DNA of 64,000 nucleotides from Laetmonice hystrix (taxonomy: Eukaryota): the NCBI GenBank assembly GCA_965235115.1, contig OZ249438.1:37510001-37574000 (forward strand), written 5' to 3'. The notes beneath the pieces are model-generated. The model saw only the letters and a list, made by a program, of their open reading frames with translations. It was not told where the DNA came from and made no database searches. A program made the translations under genes and the position numbers. Below, piece after piece: positions 1 through 12,689 of the stretch (position 1 is the first letter of the stretch; every line of letters starts with the position of its first letter).

Positions 1-155
1 AGTGCCAGGAGAGAGGACCTTCTCTTAATAATGCCAGGAGGGAGGACCCCTCTCCTGTTAACAATGCCAGGAGGGAGCACCCTCGCCTGTTAACAATGCC
101 AGGAGGGAGGACCCCTCTCCTGTTAACAGTCCCAAGAGGGAGGACCCCTGTTAAC
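1..155. repeat. 33-bp tandem repeat, ~5 copies, at window edge
   Basis: Unit ATGCCAGGAGGGAGGACCCCTCTCCTGTTAACA. Confidence 0.85.
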
Positions 156-1287
156 TGTACCTGGAGGCAGACACTTACTGTTAACACCCACCTGATTGCT
201 AGTCATAAAAGGCCTTGCTCCACCATCGAGACCGACCATCAGGACAAGTCAGGTGTTACCTTTGATACCAAACCACAGGCCAGCACTGACGGACCGGCTC
301 CCCAGCACAGCAAGCTGGAGATTACTTTTGTCACAGCGGAGGCTGATCAAAAGGCGCCAGGTCAGCCATGAAGGTGCACTTCTTTAGGAGATCTAAAAGA
401 CATAGTGTGGAGGGAAAGCCACAAAGAGGTTGACCGTCAATAGATCAAGGTAGTTCATGCGAATGTCAAATAGCTGAGAGTGACACTTTTTAAAGAAGAA
501 CTTAGTCGGCAGGCTTTGTTCTGTAAGCCACCTTTGAAGATTGCCTGGCCGCTAACTTTGTAGTTTGTGGTGCTGAGGTCCACGTTCTGTGAAGGTCCCT
601 GGGGGCTGGTTTGGTGCTCAGGACGCGATGGTCTGGTGTATGTTTTATCAGTAATCATTGCTGTGCAAGCAGGATGGCAATATGTATGTATTCATGGCAG
701 ACGTGGGTGTGGGCGACACTGTTTTACAGAATCCATAAAGATTCTCTCACGATATACGGTAGGGGACTGTCGGTGGAGGCTGATGTGTCATTGTGTCAGG
801 GATGTAAACCTAGGAAGTCTTGATAGTCCGTCACTGCCGGCGGTGTCGTCCATCAGTCACAGTCTGTGTCACAGCGAACCCAGGCGTGACAGGTGTATAG
901 GGTACTTGAGTGAACCTTTGACTGCTCAGGGCGCCATTTCTGATTTCTGTTTTGGGTTTTTATTATAATAGATCACACCGCCAAAAACAGTATTGGCAAC
1001 TCCTCTAAATCTAAGGGTGAATAGATTCTTGGGTATCTTAAAAGGATGCTTTGAGCGGCTTACAGAAAGGATGGTCTCTGCATATTACATGCGCAGATCA
1101 ATGGGGTATTGATGGCGTCCAGGTCAAAGAGAAATGGCGAGAGGCAAGGCCTTCACCAATGTGGTCAGGCAACCTCGCCCGCCAGCCAATCACAATCCTC
1201 CAATTACACTTCACTGCTCCCTTGTCGCCTTCAAAATGTTTGGATTATTGCCTGGTAATCCACGGCAAGCTTTGATCGCCACCGCCT

Positions 1288-2193
1288 GGTGGAGGCTTGG
1301 GTTGGGGAGGAGGGCGGGCTTGGTTGGAGGGCGGAGTTGGTTGGAGGGTGAAGTTGGTTGGAGGGTTTGGTTTGGGAGGAGGGCGGAGTTGGTTGGAGGG
1401 TGAAGTTGGTTGGAGGCTTGGGTTCGGGAGGAGGGCGGGCTTGGTTGGAGGGTAGAGTTGGTTGGAGGGTGGAGTTGGTTGGAGGGCGGGGTTGGTTAGA
1501 GGGCGGGGTTGGTTGGAGGGTGGAGTTGGTTGGAGGGTTGGGTTCGGGAGGAGGGTGGAGTTGGCTGGAGGGTGGAGTTGGTTGGAGTGCGGGGGTTGTT
1601 GGAGGTCGGGGTTGGTTGGAGGGTTGGGTTTGGGAGGAGGGCGGAGTTGGTTGGAGGGCGGGGTTGGTTGGAGGGTTGGGTTTGGGAGGAGGGCGGAGTT
1701 GGTTGGAGGGTGGAGTTGGTTGGAGGGTGGAGTTGGTTGGAGGGTTTGGTTTTGGAGGAGGGCGGAGTTGGTTGGAGGGCGGAGTTGGTTGGAGGGTGGA
1801 GGTGGTTGGAGGGCGGAGTTGGTTGGAGGGCGGAGTTGGTTGGAGGGTGGAGTTGGTTGGAGGGCGGAGTTGGTTGGAGGGCGGAGTTGGTTGGAGGGTG
1901 GAGTTGGTTGGAGGGCGGAGTTGGTTGGAGGGTGGAGGTGGTTGGAGGGCGGAGTTGGTTGGAGGGCGGAGTTGGTTGGAGGGCGGAGTTGGTTGGAGGG
2001 TGGAGTTGGTTGGAGGGCGGAGTTGGTGGGAGGGCGGAGTTGGTTGGAGGGCGGAGTTGGTTGGAGGGCGGAGTTGGTTGGAGGGTGGAGTTGGTTGGAG
2101 GGCGGAGTTAGTTGGAGGCTGAAGTTGGTTGGAGGGTTTGGTTTGGGAGGAGGGTGGAGTTGGTTGGAGGCTGAAGTTGGTTGGAGGGTTGGG
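1288..2193. repeat. 17-bp G-rich minisatellite, ~50 units
   Basis: Unit GGAGGGCGGAGTTGGTT with GGGTGG and GGGTTTGGTTTGGGAGGA variants; explains ORFs 1245-2393, 1358-2122, 1462-2256 and 1509-2111. Confidence 0.97.
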
Positions 2194-2597
2194 TCCAGGA
2201 GTACGGACCCGTTGTCTGGCCCCTCACACAAGACGTGGTCGTGGGACGTCCTGTAGTTGTCGCTGACGGAGATCATGTTGATTAGAATTGGGAGTGGTAC
2301 AGGAGTGGGGTCCATTTGGTTCTGATCGCTTCCACCTGATGCCAGCAGACGCCCCAACCTTGCCACAGACATCCCTCGACTCGTCTCCATCACATATTAC
2401 TTGACCCCAGGGTCAGTCAAAGGTCAGAGTGTCACGAGATGTGTGTTCTCCCCAGGCAGCAGTGAACTCGCCCGCCAGAACATAGAATCTCTGATTGGAG
2501 AGTGGCCAGAGATCACTCTCCCTGCTGTCTACTGATGGACATCAGCAGGGAGAGTGAATCTACCATGTTCCCCGGACTGAGATTGTCCGACATCCCC

Positions 2598-2791
2598 TCC
2601 CCAACCTCCTCCCTGGGCGGGCCTACCATATCGGCACTCACTGACTCCCATCACAGGATCACCCCCAACCTCCTCCCTGCCCGGGCCTACCATATCGGCA
2701 CTCACTGACTCCCATCACAGGATCACCCCCAACCTCCTCCCTGCCCGGGCCTACCATATCGGCACTCACTGACTCCCATCACAGGATCACC
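2598..2791. repeat. 64-bp tandem triplication
   Basis: GCCTACCATATC recurs at 2621, 2685 and 2749. Confidence 0.95.
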
Positions 2792-3507
2792 CGCGCTTTA
2801 CAAGCCGCTATTACATGTAATACAAGTCGGCTTTCTTCTCACAGCACCCGCCGAGACCCCGGCGCCAATCGAATCAGGCTCCATCGCCAAAAGTCAGCAA
2901 GCCGTAGTTTTTGTCTTATTGGCTTTGGACCAGTTGGAGCCGTGTAAGTCGGAGGTAATGTTGTTGAACGTGACTGGCAGCAAATGTACAATCAGAGAAC
3001 TGCCGACCTAGCTGGCCGCGGTCAGTGACATATTCTATCATACCTACACAGGGCTTATCTACTTGAAAGTCTGCGTGCAACTTGGCTTTGGTTTCAAATA
3101 AGAACGATGTGTGAGGATAAGATGTTGTTACGATTGAGAGAAACTCCCTTAACACAGCACACAACTTGTAAAGAAACAGGCGAGTGGTGCGGCGATCTAA
3201 AAACATGTTTACCATCTTAGAATGACAGCCAGATACTCAAGGACCACTTCATTCAGAGCTACAAGCCGCCAGCTGATAATGACATTCTGTGTCAGGCGAT
3301 ACGGGGTACGGCAGCCATGATGGAGCTGACAACGTTTCGAGAAGCATGGTGTTTTGATGGCCTGGGCTGTGCGGCCATGGTTGGCACATCTCCGGGATCT
3401 CGTCCAACGCCGCCACGCCGTCTCCCTTACAGCTCCTGGTCATCGGAAACCGTGTCATTCATACCCTTTACCACGGTCACCCCAAGCCGAGAAGGAGACA
3501 CCCCATG

Positions 3508-3648
3508 CAGGCCGGTCACCTAGGCCAGGATAGAGGAACCCCAGGCCGGTCACTCAGGCCGGGACAGAGAAACCCCAGGCCGGTCACCCAGGCCGGGACA
3601 GAGAAACCCCAGGCCGGTCACCCAGGCCGGGACAGGGGAACCCCGGCC
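3508..3648. repeat. 34-bp tandem repeat, ~4 copies
   Basis: CCAGGCCGGTCAC at 3541, 3575 and 3609. Confidence 0.9.
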
Positions 3649-3704
3649 GTGAAGAAAGCACCCCAGACCGGAAAAGGAACCGAAGGCCTGGAAGGAGACA
3701 CCGC

Positions 3705-4537
3705 ATGCCATCACAGAGGCACCCCAGGCCATTACAGAGGTAACCCAAACCGTCACAGATGCACCACAGGCCATTACAGGTTCCACAGTCCATGACAGAG
3801 GCCACAGTCCATGACAGGGACACCACAGTCCATGACAGAGGCACCCCAGGCCATGACAGAGGCACCACAGGCCAAGACAGAGACGCCACAGGCCATGACA
3901 GAGACACCACAGGCCATGACAGAGACACCACAGGCCATGACAGAGACACCACAGGCCATGACAGAGACACCCCAGGCCATGACAGAGACAGCACAGGCCA
4001 TGACAGAGACACCACAGGCCATGACAGAGACACCACAGGCCATGACAGAGACACCACAGGCCAAGACAGAGACGCCACAGGCCATGACAGAGACACCACA
4101 GGCCATGACAGAGACACCACAGGCCATGACAGAGACACCCCAGGCCATGACAGAGATACCACAGGCCATGACAGAGACACCACAGGCCATGACAGAGACA
4201 CCACAGGCCATGACAGAGACACCACAGGCCATGACAGAGACACCCCAGGCCATGACAGAGACACCACAGGCCATGACAGAGACACCACAGGCCATGACAG
4301 AGACACCACAGGCCATGACAGAGACACCACAGGCCAAGACAGACACCACAGGCCATGACAGAGACACCACAGGCCATGACAGAGGCACCACAGGCCATGA
4401 CAGAGACACCACAGGCCATGACAGAGACACCACAGGCCATGACAGAGACACCACAGGCCATGACAGAGACACCACAGGCCATGACAGAGGCACCACAGGC
4501 CATGACAGAGGCACCATGACAGAGACACCACAGGCCG
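3705..4537. repeat. 21-bp minisatellite, ~35 or more units
   Basis: Unit CAGGCCATGACAGAGACACCA; explains the AMTETPQ, GHDRDTT and WCLCHGL ORFs. Confidence 0.97.
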
Positions 4538-5635
4538 GGAGAGGCCCTGTCAGATACGATACACTCACAGATATGTTTTGATTAAAGTCTCTCCTATTGT
4601 GCCCGGCGCAACACTCCATCAGAACATTTTCTTACAAGCTCCTGATTGAAGTGTCCCCTGTTGTCCCAGGCGGCTAGCTGCATCAGAACATCTCCTTGTG
4701 GCTAATGTAATTGCCACTGTCCAGTCATTATTTGCCAAACGAGCTGTTCAAACGCCATTTTGAAGATCTAGGTTGTTCCCCAGGGTGGGGCCTAGCGTCA
4801 GCGTCATCAGTGAGAGAATCAGGAGAGGTTCCAAGGGACACTGCTCATTGCCAGCTCTCAACAGGCACAATCTCATGTCCTGCAGTGGGCATTCTCGTCA
4901 TCAGATGAGCCCGGGTGATCAGGGGATTGTGTGTCAGTCCGGCTGTCTACCCGAGGGCCGAGAACGACCAGCAAACCACTTGTCAGCAAACTCTACTATA
5001 GAAACAAATTGTTGGTATCCAAAACGTGGATCACCTCATCTTCATGGCAGCAGTATCGATTCATTTCACGGAATATGAAGAAGTTATTACGTCCGTTCGT
5101 ACAAAAGACAGGTTTATTTCATGGAAGCCCAGCGTTACTCGTGACGCATTGCTTTTTCAGGCTGTCGGCTTTACGAGGTGGAGAAATGAAAAGGACATAG
5201 AAGGGATCAATTGAGGATATTATGATTGATTTTCCATAGAGCAGCTGTCGATGATGATTGTTGACATCGACAGCTGTCAACCGATGTCCATCTGCGATGA
5301 TACAGCGTAGCCAGTCTGGTCACCATGGTAATCTTCGTGGGTGCCAGCCAATCAACAGGAACTATTTTCTTGGTGGATGAGCAGCGACTGGCAGGAGATA
5401 TAGAGAGATTGTGTGACCGTGTAGCTGGCAGCGATGACCATTGAGCTCGGTCTGCTGTTATTGTCCCGTCAATAGTGACCAGTTCCAGGGCTGGCTCCGA
5501 CCGACATCCTTTCACTGTCTGACAGCCTCGAGCTAGTCTATTGACCTCCACGACACAGCAAACCAGACTCGGCGAGTTGAAAGTTGTCGTCACCCAGCCA
5601 GCACAACAGGTCTAAACAGCGGTCGCAGCAGGCTG

Positions 5636-6052
5636 CCTTACGAGGAACACCCTCCTTATGAGGAACACCCTCCTTATGAGGAACAACCTTCTTATGAGGA
5701 ACGCCCTCCTTATGAGGAACAACCTTCTTATGAGGAACACCCTCCTTATGAGGAAAAATCTTCTTATGAGGAACGCCCTCCTTATGAGGAACACCCTCCT
5801 TGGGAGGAGCACCTTTCTTATGAGGAAACCCTCCTTAAGAGGAACACCCTCCTTCTGAGGAACACCCTCTTTATGAGGAACAACTTTCTTATGAGGAACA
5901 CCCTCCTTATGAGGAACACCCTCCTTAGGAGGAGCACCTTTCTTATGAGGAAACCCTCCCTAAGAGGAACACCCTCCTTAGGAGGAACACAATCCTTATG
6001 AGGAACACCCTCCTTATGAGGAACACCTTCTTTATGAGTAACGCCCTCCTTA
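5636..6052. repeat. 18-bp minisatellite, ~23 units
   Basis: Unit GAGGAACACCCTCCTTAT. Confidence 0.95.
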
Positions 6053-6868
6053 AAGGGAAGACTCTTTCTTGGAAATTGTTCCCGTACAACCGATCGTCAA
6101 TGACATATGTTAGAATTATACAGAAAGCTCTCATTTGTCTTTGGAACCATACTGATGCACGTATAGGTCTTTAATCTCATTGAGATAGCGTTAGAATTAA
6201 AATTAAGTTCTGCCACAAATACTTTGAGGAATTTCGTGATTATGAAATATGTTTTTTTTAGTATGCTGCACTGAGACAGAGACAAACTGGTTTTTAAACT
6301 TTTTCTACTAACGTATTTAATATCAGCATCCTATATTTTAGGAATTTACACGTCTGCTCTAGGTTCTGAACTATATTTCTTTTTAAACTTGAAACGGTGT
6401 CATCCGAGAATAGGGGCCTACTGGCAACATAGAAATCCGTTGACATACAAAACCGACTCAAGTCAAGACGTTGTCGTAGGAAATGTAGGAAGACAAACAT
6501 GTTTTTTCTAGGATAGATGAGTGTGAACGAAGCGAGCAGGGAATGTCTGGAGGAAAGCACGGTGTGAGAATGTCTGGAGGGGGTTGTTTTGTTGTGTGTG
6601 CCAGGCGTGGAGGTCTGTCATTCGTACTGAGGTATTGAGGAGGCGGAGGGGGCGTGTCAAGAACACATGTCTAGCCATAATTACCAGGTCTGGGAGTTCT
6701 TTCTATTAACGGTGCCGACAGAATAATTCTGCTGGAGGTCTTATAATCTACGAGAAACTATCATTTGCCGTTAAGACAGAAACTAGCAAAGACACTGCTT
6801 TCCAACCCAACCTATTTCCCATTCGGAGTTTAATGGACCGTTCTTCAACCCGCAATGTGGTTAGGGTC

Positions 6869-6994
6869 CAGGGGACCGTTTCACTAACAGCGACGGACCG
6901 TCCGACCAGCGAAAGACAGTTTGGTTGTAGGGCTAGGTATTTTTGGTCCGTCGTCGGTCGGACAGTCCGTCGCTGTTAGTGAAACAGCCCCCTG
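6869..6994. mobile_element. 126-bp MITE-like element with 39-bp terminal inverted repeats
   Basis: Left arm 6869-6907 CAGGGGACCGTTTCACTAACAGCGACGGACCGTCCGACC versus right arm 6956-6994, 3 mismatches; GTC direct repeat on both flanks (6866-6868, 6995-6997). Confidence 0.75.
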
Positions 6995-7112
6995 GTCATT
7001 TTGACGATTTCGGAGGATGACAGGTGATAATTCAGAATCCCTCATTCGGAACTGAGAACTAAAACCAGTATCGCAAATCTGCTGGCGACAAACGATGAAT
7101 AAAGTAATAAAG

Positions 7113-7569
7113 GATTCAATACAAACGTTGTTAGACTGGGATGATTCAATAGAAACGTTGTTAGACTGGGATGATTCAATAGAAACGTTGTTAGACTGGG
7201 ATGATTCAATAGAAACGTTGTTAGACTGTGATGATTCAATGCAAACGTTGTTAGACTGGGGTGATTCAATACAAACGTTGTTAGACTGGGATGATTCAAT
7301 ACAAACGTTGTTAGACTGGGTGATTCAATACAAACGTTGTTAGACTGGGATGATTCAATACAAACGTTGTTAGACTGGGTGATTCAATACAAACGTTGTT
7401 AGACTGGGATGATTCAATACAAACGTTGTTAGACTGGGATGATTCAATACAAACGTTGTTAGACTGGGATAATTCAATACAAACGTTGTTAGACTGGGAT
7501 GATTCAATACAAACGTTGTTAGACTGGGTGATTCAATACAAACGTTGTTAGACTGGGATGATTCAATAT
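7113..7569. repeat. 30-bp minisatellite, ~15 units
   Basis: Unit GATTCAATACAAACGTTGTTAGACTGGGAT. Confidence 0.97.
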
Positions 7570-7717
7570 AAATGAAGCCGAATAGAATGTCCAAAAATCT
7601 ACCTGTTAATGGGAACGTGTGTTAATGTGCATGAGCGGGGGTATGTATGCGCGGGGGAAATGGTGTAGGTGTCCTGTATGTGTGGCTAGGGTGGTGGTGG
7701 GGGGTAGGATAGGGCAC

Positions 7718-8328
7718 GAGATTGGTTTGTCGGGTGTGTCAGATAGGTTGAGATTGGCTTGTGTCAGGTGTGTCAGATGAGTTGAGATTGGCTTGTGTCA
7801 GGTGTGCCAGATGAGTTGAGATTGGCTTGTGTCAGGTGTGTCAGATGGGTTGAGATTGGCTTGTGTCAGGTGTGTCAGATGAGTTTAGATTGGCGTGTGT
7901 CAGGTGTGCCAGATGGGTTGAGATTGGCTTGTGTCAGATGTGCCAGATGGGTTGAGATTGGTTTGTGTCAGGTGTGTCAGATGGGTTGAGATTGGCGTGT
8001 GTCAGATGTGCCAGATGAGTTGAGATTGGCTTGTGTCAGGTGTGTCAGATGAGTTGAGATTGGCTTGTGTCAGGTGTGTCAGATGGGTTGAGATTGGCGT
8101 GTGTCAGGAGTGCCGGATGGGTTGAGATTGGCTTGTGTCAGGTGTGCCAAATGAGTTGAGATTGGCTTGTGTCAGGTGTGTCAGATGGGTTGAGATTGGC
8201 GTGTGTCAGGTGTGTTAGATGAGTTGAGATTGGCTTGTGTCAGGTGTGTCGGATGAGTTGAGGTTGGCTTGTGTCAGGTGTGTCAGATGAGTTGAGGTTG
8301 GCTTGTGTCAGGTGTGCCAGATGGGTTG
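7718..8328. repeat. 34-bp minisatellite, ~18 units
   Basis: Unit GAGATTGGCTTGTGTCAGGTGTGTCAGATGAGTT; most units carry ATTGG (CCAAT on the minus strand). Confidence 0.97.
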
Positions 8329-8947
8329 AATACCTGACGGCAGCCAGCGTGTTCTCATAGTTGTTCCTTGTCCCACCTTTCCCTACAGAGCCCCTGGCCG
8401 GCGAAAGCCCACTACTCCATGTGGACGATGTCCACGTGGGCTCTGTAATAAAACAAATAGACACAGCGACTGGTAAATCTTACATGTGTACACCTTTGGT
8501 AGAGTCTTAATGAGTCAGTCTCTCTCAGTCGTCTCCGCACACAACTTTGAATGCTTGGTGTGACCCTGTAGTTGTTCAAACATTGTTCTGTGTCGAGCCT
8601 GCATTGGACTTGTGTCTTTTTCTTTGCTTGAGATGTTGTGGTTGTGAGTGCTATGATCGAATGCTGTAGATATAAAATGCTGCAGCCCTCTGTCTGTAGG
8701 TACCCTAGCACTACAAGAACATGTACCTGCCCATACCGGCAGGTGTCACCTTTGTTAGCCCAAAGCCGTTCGCCTATATTTATATTTTCAGGTGAAATCT
8801 GTAAGACTGAGTGAGAACGGGCTTACCACGTGAATTAGCGATGCTTGATCGTGTGGAAAGATAAAATGGCGATAAAACTGAAAAGTTGTGGTGTAACTCT
8901 GACATGGTCGGAGGAGATTAGGGTTACCACCTGTTTTAGATAACCTA

Positions 8948-9408
8948 GTGGATGGGGTACCATCTGTTTGAGGTGACCGGAGTGGATGGGGTACCATCTG
9001 TTTGAGGTGACCGGAGTGGATGGGATACCATCTGTTTGAGGTGACCGGACTTGATGGGGTACCATCTGTTTGAGGTGACCGGAATGGATTGGGTACCATC
9101 TGTTTGAGGTGACCGGAGTGGATGGGGTACCATCTGTTTGAGGTGACCGGAGTGGATGGGGTACCATCTGTTTGAGGTGACTGGAGTGGATTTTGTACCA
9201 TATGGTTGAGGTGACCGGAGTGGATGGGGTACCATCTGTTTGAGGTGACCGGAGTGGATGAGGTACCATCTGTTTGAGGTGCCTGGAGTGGATGGGGTAC
9301 CATCTGTTTGAGGTGACCGGAGTGGATGGGGTACCATCTGTTTGAGGTGACCGGAGTGGATGGGGTACCATCTGTTTGAGGTGACCGGAGTGGATGGGAG
9401 GCCATCTC
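8948..9408. repeat. 34-bp minisatellite, ~13 units
   Basis: Unit GGAGTGGATGGGGTACCATCTGTTTGAGGTGACC with an internal GATGG-ggta-CCATC stem. Confidence 0.97.
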
Positions 9409-9726
9409 GGGAGTACGAATAGCGTGGTATTGAGACACAGGGGACATGCCGGGCCGTGGACGTGTATGTATCTGAACCGGTAATGTGACGGCCAACAACT
9501 CCAGATTCTACATGGCCGACTTCTGGGACCACATGACGTGTTGTAGGCGATAACTTGTATGGTTACCTCGTCATGACTGACAGTCGGGATCTACCCGTCC
9601 GTGCTCTCTGTATAATCTACTGGTTCTCGCGAATATCCATTCCCACTTATTTGAAAGATAAAAGAACAACCCATTGTTTAATTCGAGTTGTCAAGATTAT
9701 TTGGCTCTCTGCTTGGTTTCAATACT

Positions 9727-10142
9727 TAAGCAGATCGGTGTTAAGCAGATCGGTATTAAACAGATCGGTGTAGATCGCACAATGTTTTTTGGGTATTGAT
9801 AAACAGATCGGTGTAGATCGTACAATGTGTTGGGGTATTGATAAACAGATTGGTGTAGATCGTACAATGTTTTTGGGTATTGATAAACAGATCAGTGTAG
9901 ATCGTACAATGTTTTGGGGTATTGATAAACAGATCGGTGTAGATCGTACAATGTTTTTGGGTATTGATAAACAGATCGGTGTAGATCGTACAATGTGTTG
10001 GGGTATTGATAAACAGATCGGTGTAGATCGTACAATGTTTTTGGGTATTGATAAACAGATTGGTGTAGATCGTACAATGTTTTTGGGTATTGATAAACAG
10101 ATTGGTGTAGATCGTACAATGTTTTTGGGTATTGATAAACAG
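9727..10142. repeat. 42-bp minisatellite, ~9 units, preceded by three 15-bp sub-units
   Basis: Unit GGGTATTGATAAACAGATCGGTGTAGATCGTACAATGTTTTT. Confidence 0.95.
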
Positions 10143-11877
10143 AAGAGAACTGGTTTTACCTGTAAGGGTTTGATCAGCCTTAACCATGCTGATACATCAT
10201 GTTAAAACATGCCGTCAACTTTTTTTTATTCCTGTAATAACCAGTAACGGATCGTTTCTTCCAGGAAGTCCAGGTATATTCATTTCCAGGTCCGAGTATC
10301 GCAATAATATGGGTTATATTTATGCTTCCAATGGCGGTTCCATGTCATATTTCCCTAGATCGGAAGAACGATGTATCAAGTAATTTAAAACAAAACTCTG
10401 ACGAGTACCAGTTTTTCTTCGCACGCGATTTGCTTTTATTTTTCCTACGTTAAACATTCCACAAAATGCTGCCATGTAGTTAAATTGTTATAGAGTTATG
10501 ATATTTGATCCATCAGGCTGCTGGCAAATTGCATGGAAAATGTCCTGCCGCAGTCCATGTATGTATGTTTGTATGTATAAAACATGCACATGAACATGTA
10601 AAACGGTTATAGCGACAACTTATGGTGAACAGAAGCGTGTTGCAAGGCCCTCCAGCGACGGGAGGGGAATTTAAGCTGAACTACTCATGGTTTTCAATAT
10701 TAAAAAAGTATAGTGCAAATTGTATAGATACCTCAAAATCCGTTTCTCACTCCGTCAAAATGGTCCGCACTGTGAAATCAGACCACAGCGTGTCATGACT
10801 CTAATGAGAGTTGTGGTCAAAGTTTTCTAAAGTGAATTCCAATGATGAAGTAGATTTGATTGATAGAAAATACCAGGCAGTGTCTGGTATAGAATTGTCG
10901 GCTCTGTCTGACAGAGCGGGTCGACACATAAACCTCATAGATTGTGAACGTTGCCGTGAAAGGCCCGGTTATGGCAGCACGGTGTCGCAGCGAGGCGGAC
11001 AGACATTATAGACTGTGTACGTTGATGTTTCCATGTTAGTTTTAACCCCAGTTTTTGTAGCCCTTATATACCTGTGTGTAAGACGTAGACGATGACATAT
11101 TGCATGACGCAGGCGATGTATGCATGGTAAGCCTGAACGTCTCGGTGTATGATATGTTAAGGCACTGATCATATACCCCGGTAAAAGTTTTTATCGTCTT
11201 GTTTTCAAAATCCCATGCCTCAGGCGGCAGCCTCCATCTTGTGTCCCTGGTTGTTGTTGACCCGGCATGGCTGGCCCTTTGCTCTGCTACCCGTGGAGTG
11301 TAGGCTAAAACAGGTTGTTAACGACAGAATTGTGCTGTGCGCGGAGGAGGGGGGGGGGGGGGTTGTTGTTGTCAAGAGCCCTCACCGGCTCGCTGGGCCG
11401 GTCAGCCGAGCCGGTCGGCGGGGCCGGTCAGTGGGGGGCCAGCGTATCGACGTCCCGGCTAGAATTCAAGGTTTTCTGTTCGGATCTAACACAGACTGTG
11501 GTGCGAGGGGTGGGCTGGGCTGAGGCCGATGTTGAAGAAGAAGTAGCTGTCCTTGGCGAAGGTCCTATGAGATTATTCTCACACTAAATCGATTGGTTCC
11601 CAGGGTCAACCAGACAGGTTTAGTGGTATTATAATGAAGCATCACGCCCTCTATAAATGCTGTTTTACCTCGTTTGTATTCCGCTGAATCAGTGCCACGC
11701 CTTCCCGTGCCAATCAAGGTAACTTTGATATCCAACCTTCCACATTTATGTACGCTTTTTATAGAATCTCATATTGACAGAGAGGAAGTCATATATGAAC
11801 TTTCGTTTGGCACCATTTTCTATGACCTAAGTTGAAAGGTCATATATGTAGTTTCATTTGGGATTATTTCTTCAACC

Positions 11878-12088
11878 TTGAGTCACCTTCCAATACACAG
11901 TGACAATCATATCATAACCCTTGAGTCACTTTCCAATACACAGTGACAATCATATCATAACCCTTGAGTCACTTTCCAATACACGGTGACAATCATATCA
12001 TAACCCTTGAGTCACCTTCCAATACACGGTGACAATCATATCATAACCCTTGAGTCACTTTCCAATACACAGTGACAATCATATCATG
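11878..12088. repeat. 43-bp minisatellite, 5 units, each with TGAGTCA
   Basis: TGAGTCA at 11879, 11922, 11965, 12008 and 12051. Confidence 0.95.
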
Positions 12089-12108
12089 ACGGAATAGGTC
12101 TCATTGGG

Positions 12109-12420
12109 CGGGGAAGGAATGAGTTGGGATGCAGGTTAGCAGGTGGGGAAGGAATGAGTTGGGATGGAGGTTAGCAGGTGGGGAAGGAATGAGTTGGGAT
12201 GGAGGTTAGCAGGTGGGGAAGGAATGAGTTGGGATGCAGGTTATCAGGTGGGGAAGGAATGAGTTGGGATGCAGGTTATCAGGTGGGGAAGGAATGCGTT
12301 GGGATGCAGGTTATCAGGTGGGGAAGGAATGAGTTGGGATGCAGGTTATCAGGTGGGGAATGAATGAGTTGGGATGCAGGTTATCAGGTGGGGAAGGAAT
12401 GAGTTGCAGGTTATCAGGTG
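12109..12420. repeat. 35-bp minisatellite, ~9 units
   Basis: Unit GGGGAAGGAATGAGTTGGGATGCAGGTTATCAGGT. Confidence 0.95.
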
Positions 12421-12689
12421 CGTGGAGGAAGGCGACGTGTCACAGGTAAAGATGCCTGATATAGATTCAGTCAATACACTCAATCAATAGAGCAACGACC
12501 TTTCGATTGTATTGAATCAAGATCCTTTTATCCGTTGGCTGGAACAAATACAGAACTGAGAGTTCCTTGGCATCTGCGCTGTTAATATTTCTCTAACTCG
12601 GCACTTCGATCCAATTAAAGCTGCTGGTATGTATATTTATAACTATAGGTCTTTAGATGCATCATCTTCCTTGTGTTGAGTTAATGTTC

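Noticed and set aside
2900-3480. Protein-like frame with LIGFGPVG (Rossmann-like) and several stops
   Set aside because: Multiple stops, wrong spacing for a beta-alpha-beta fold, and no recognisable family.
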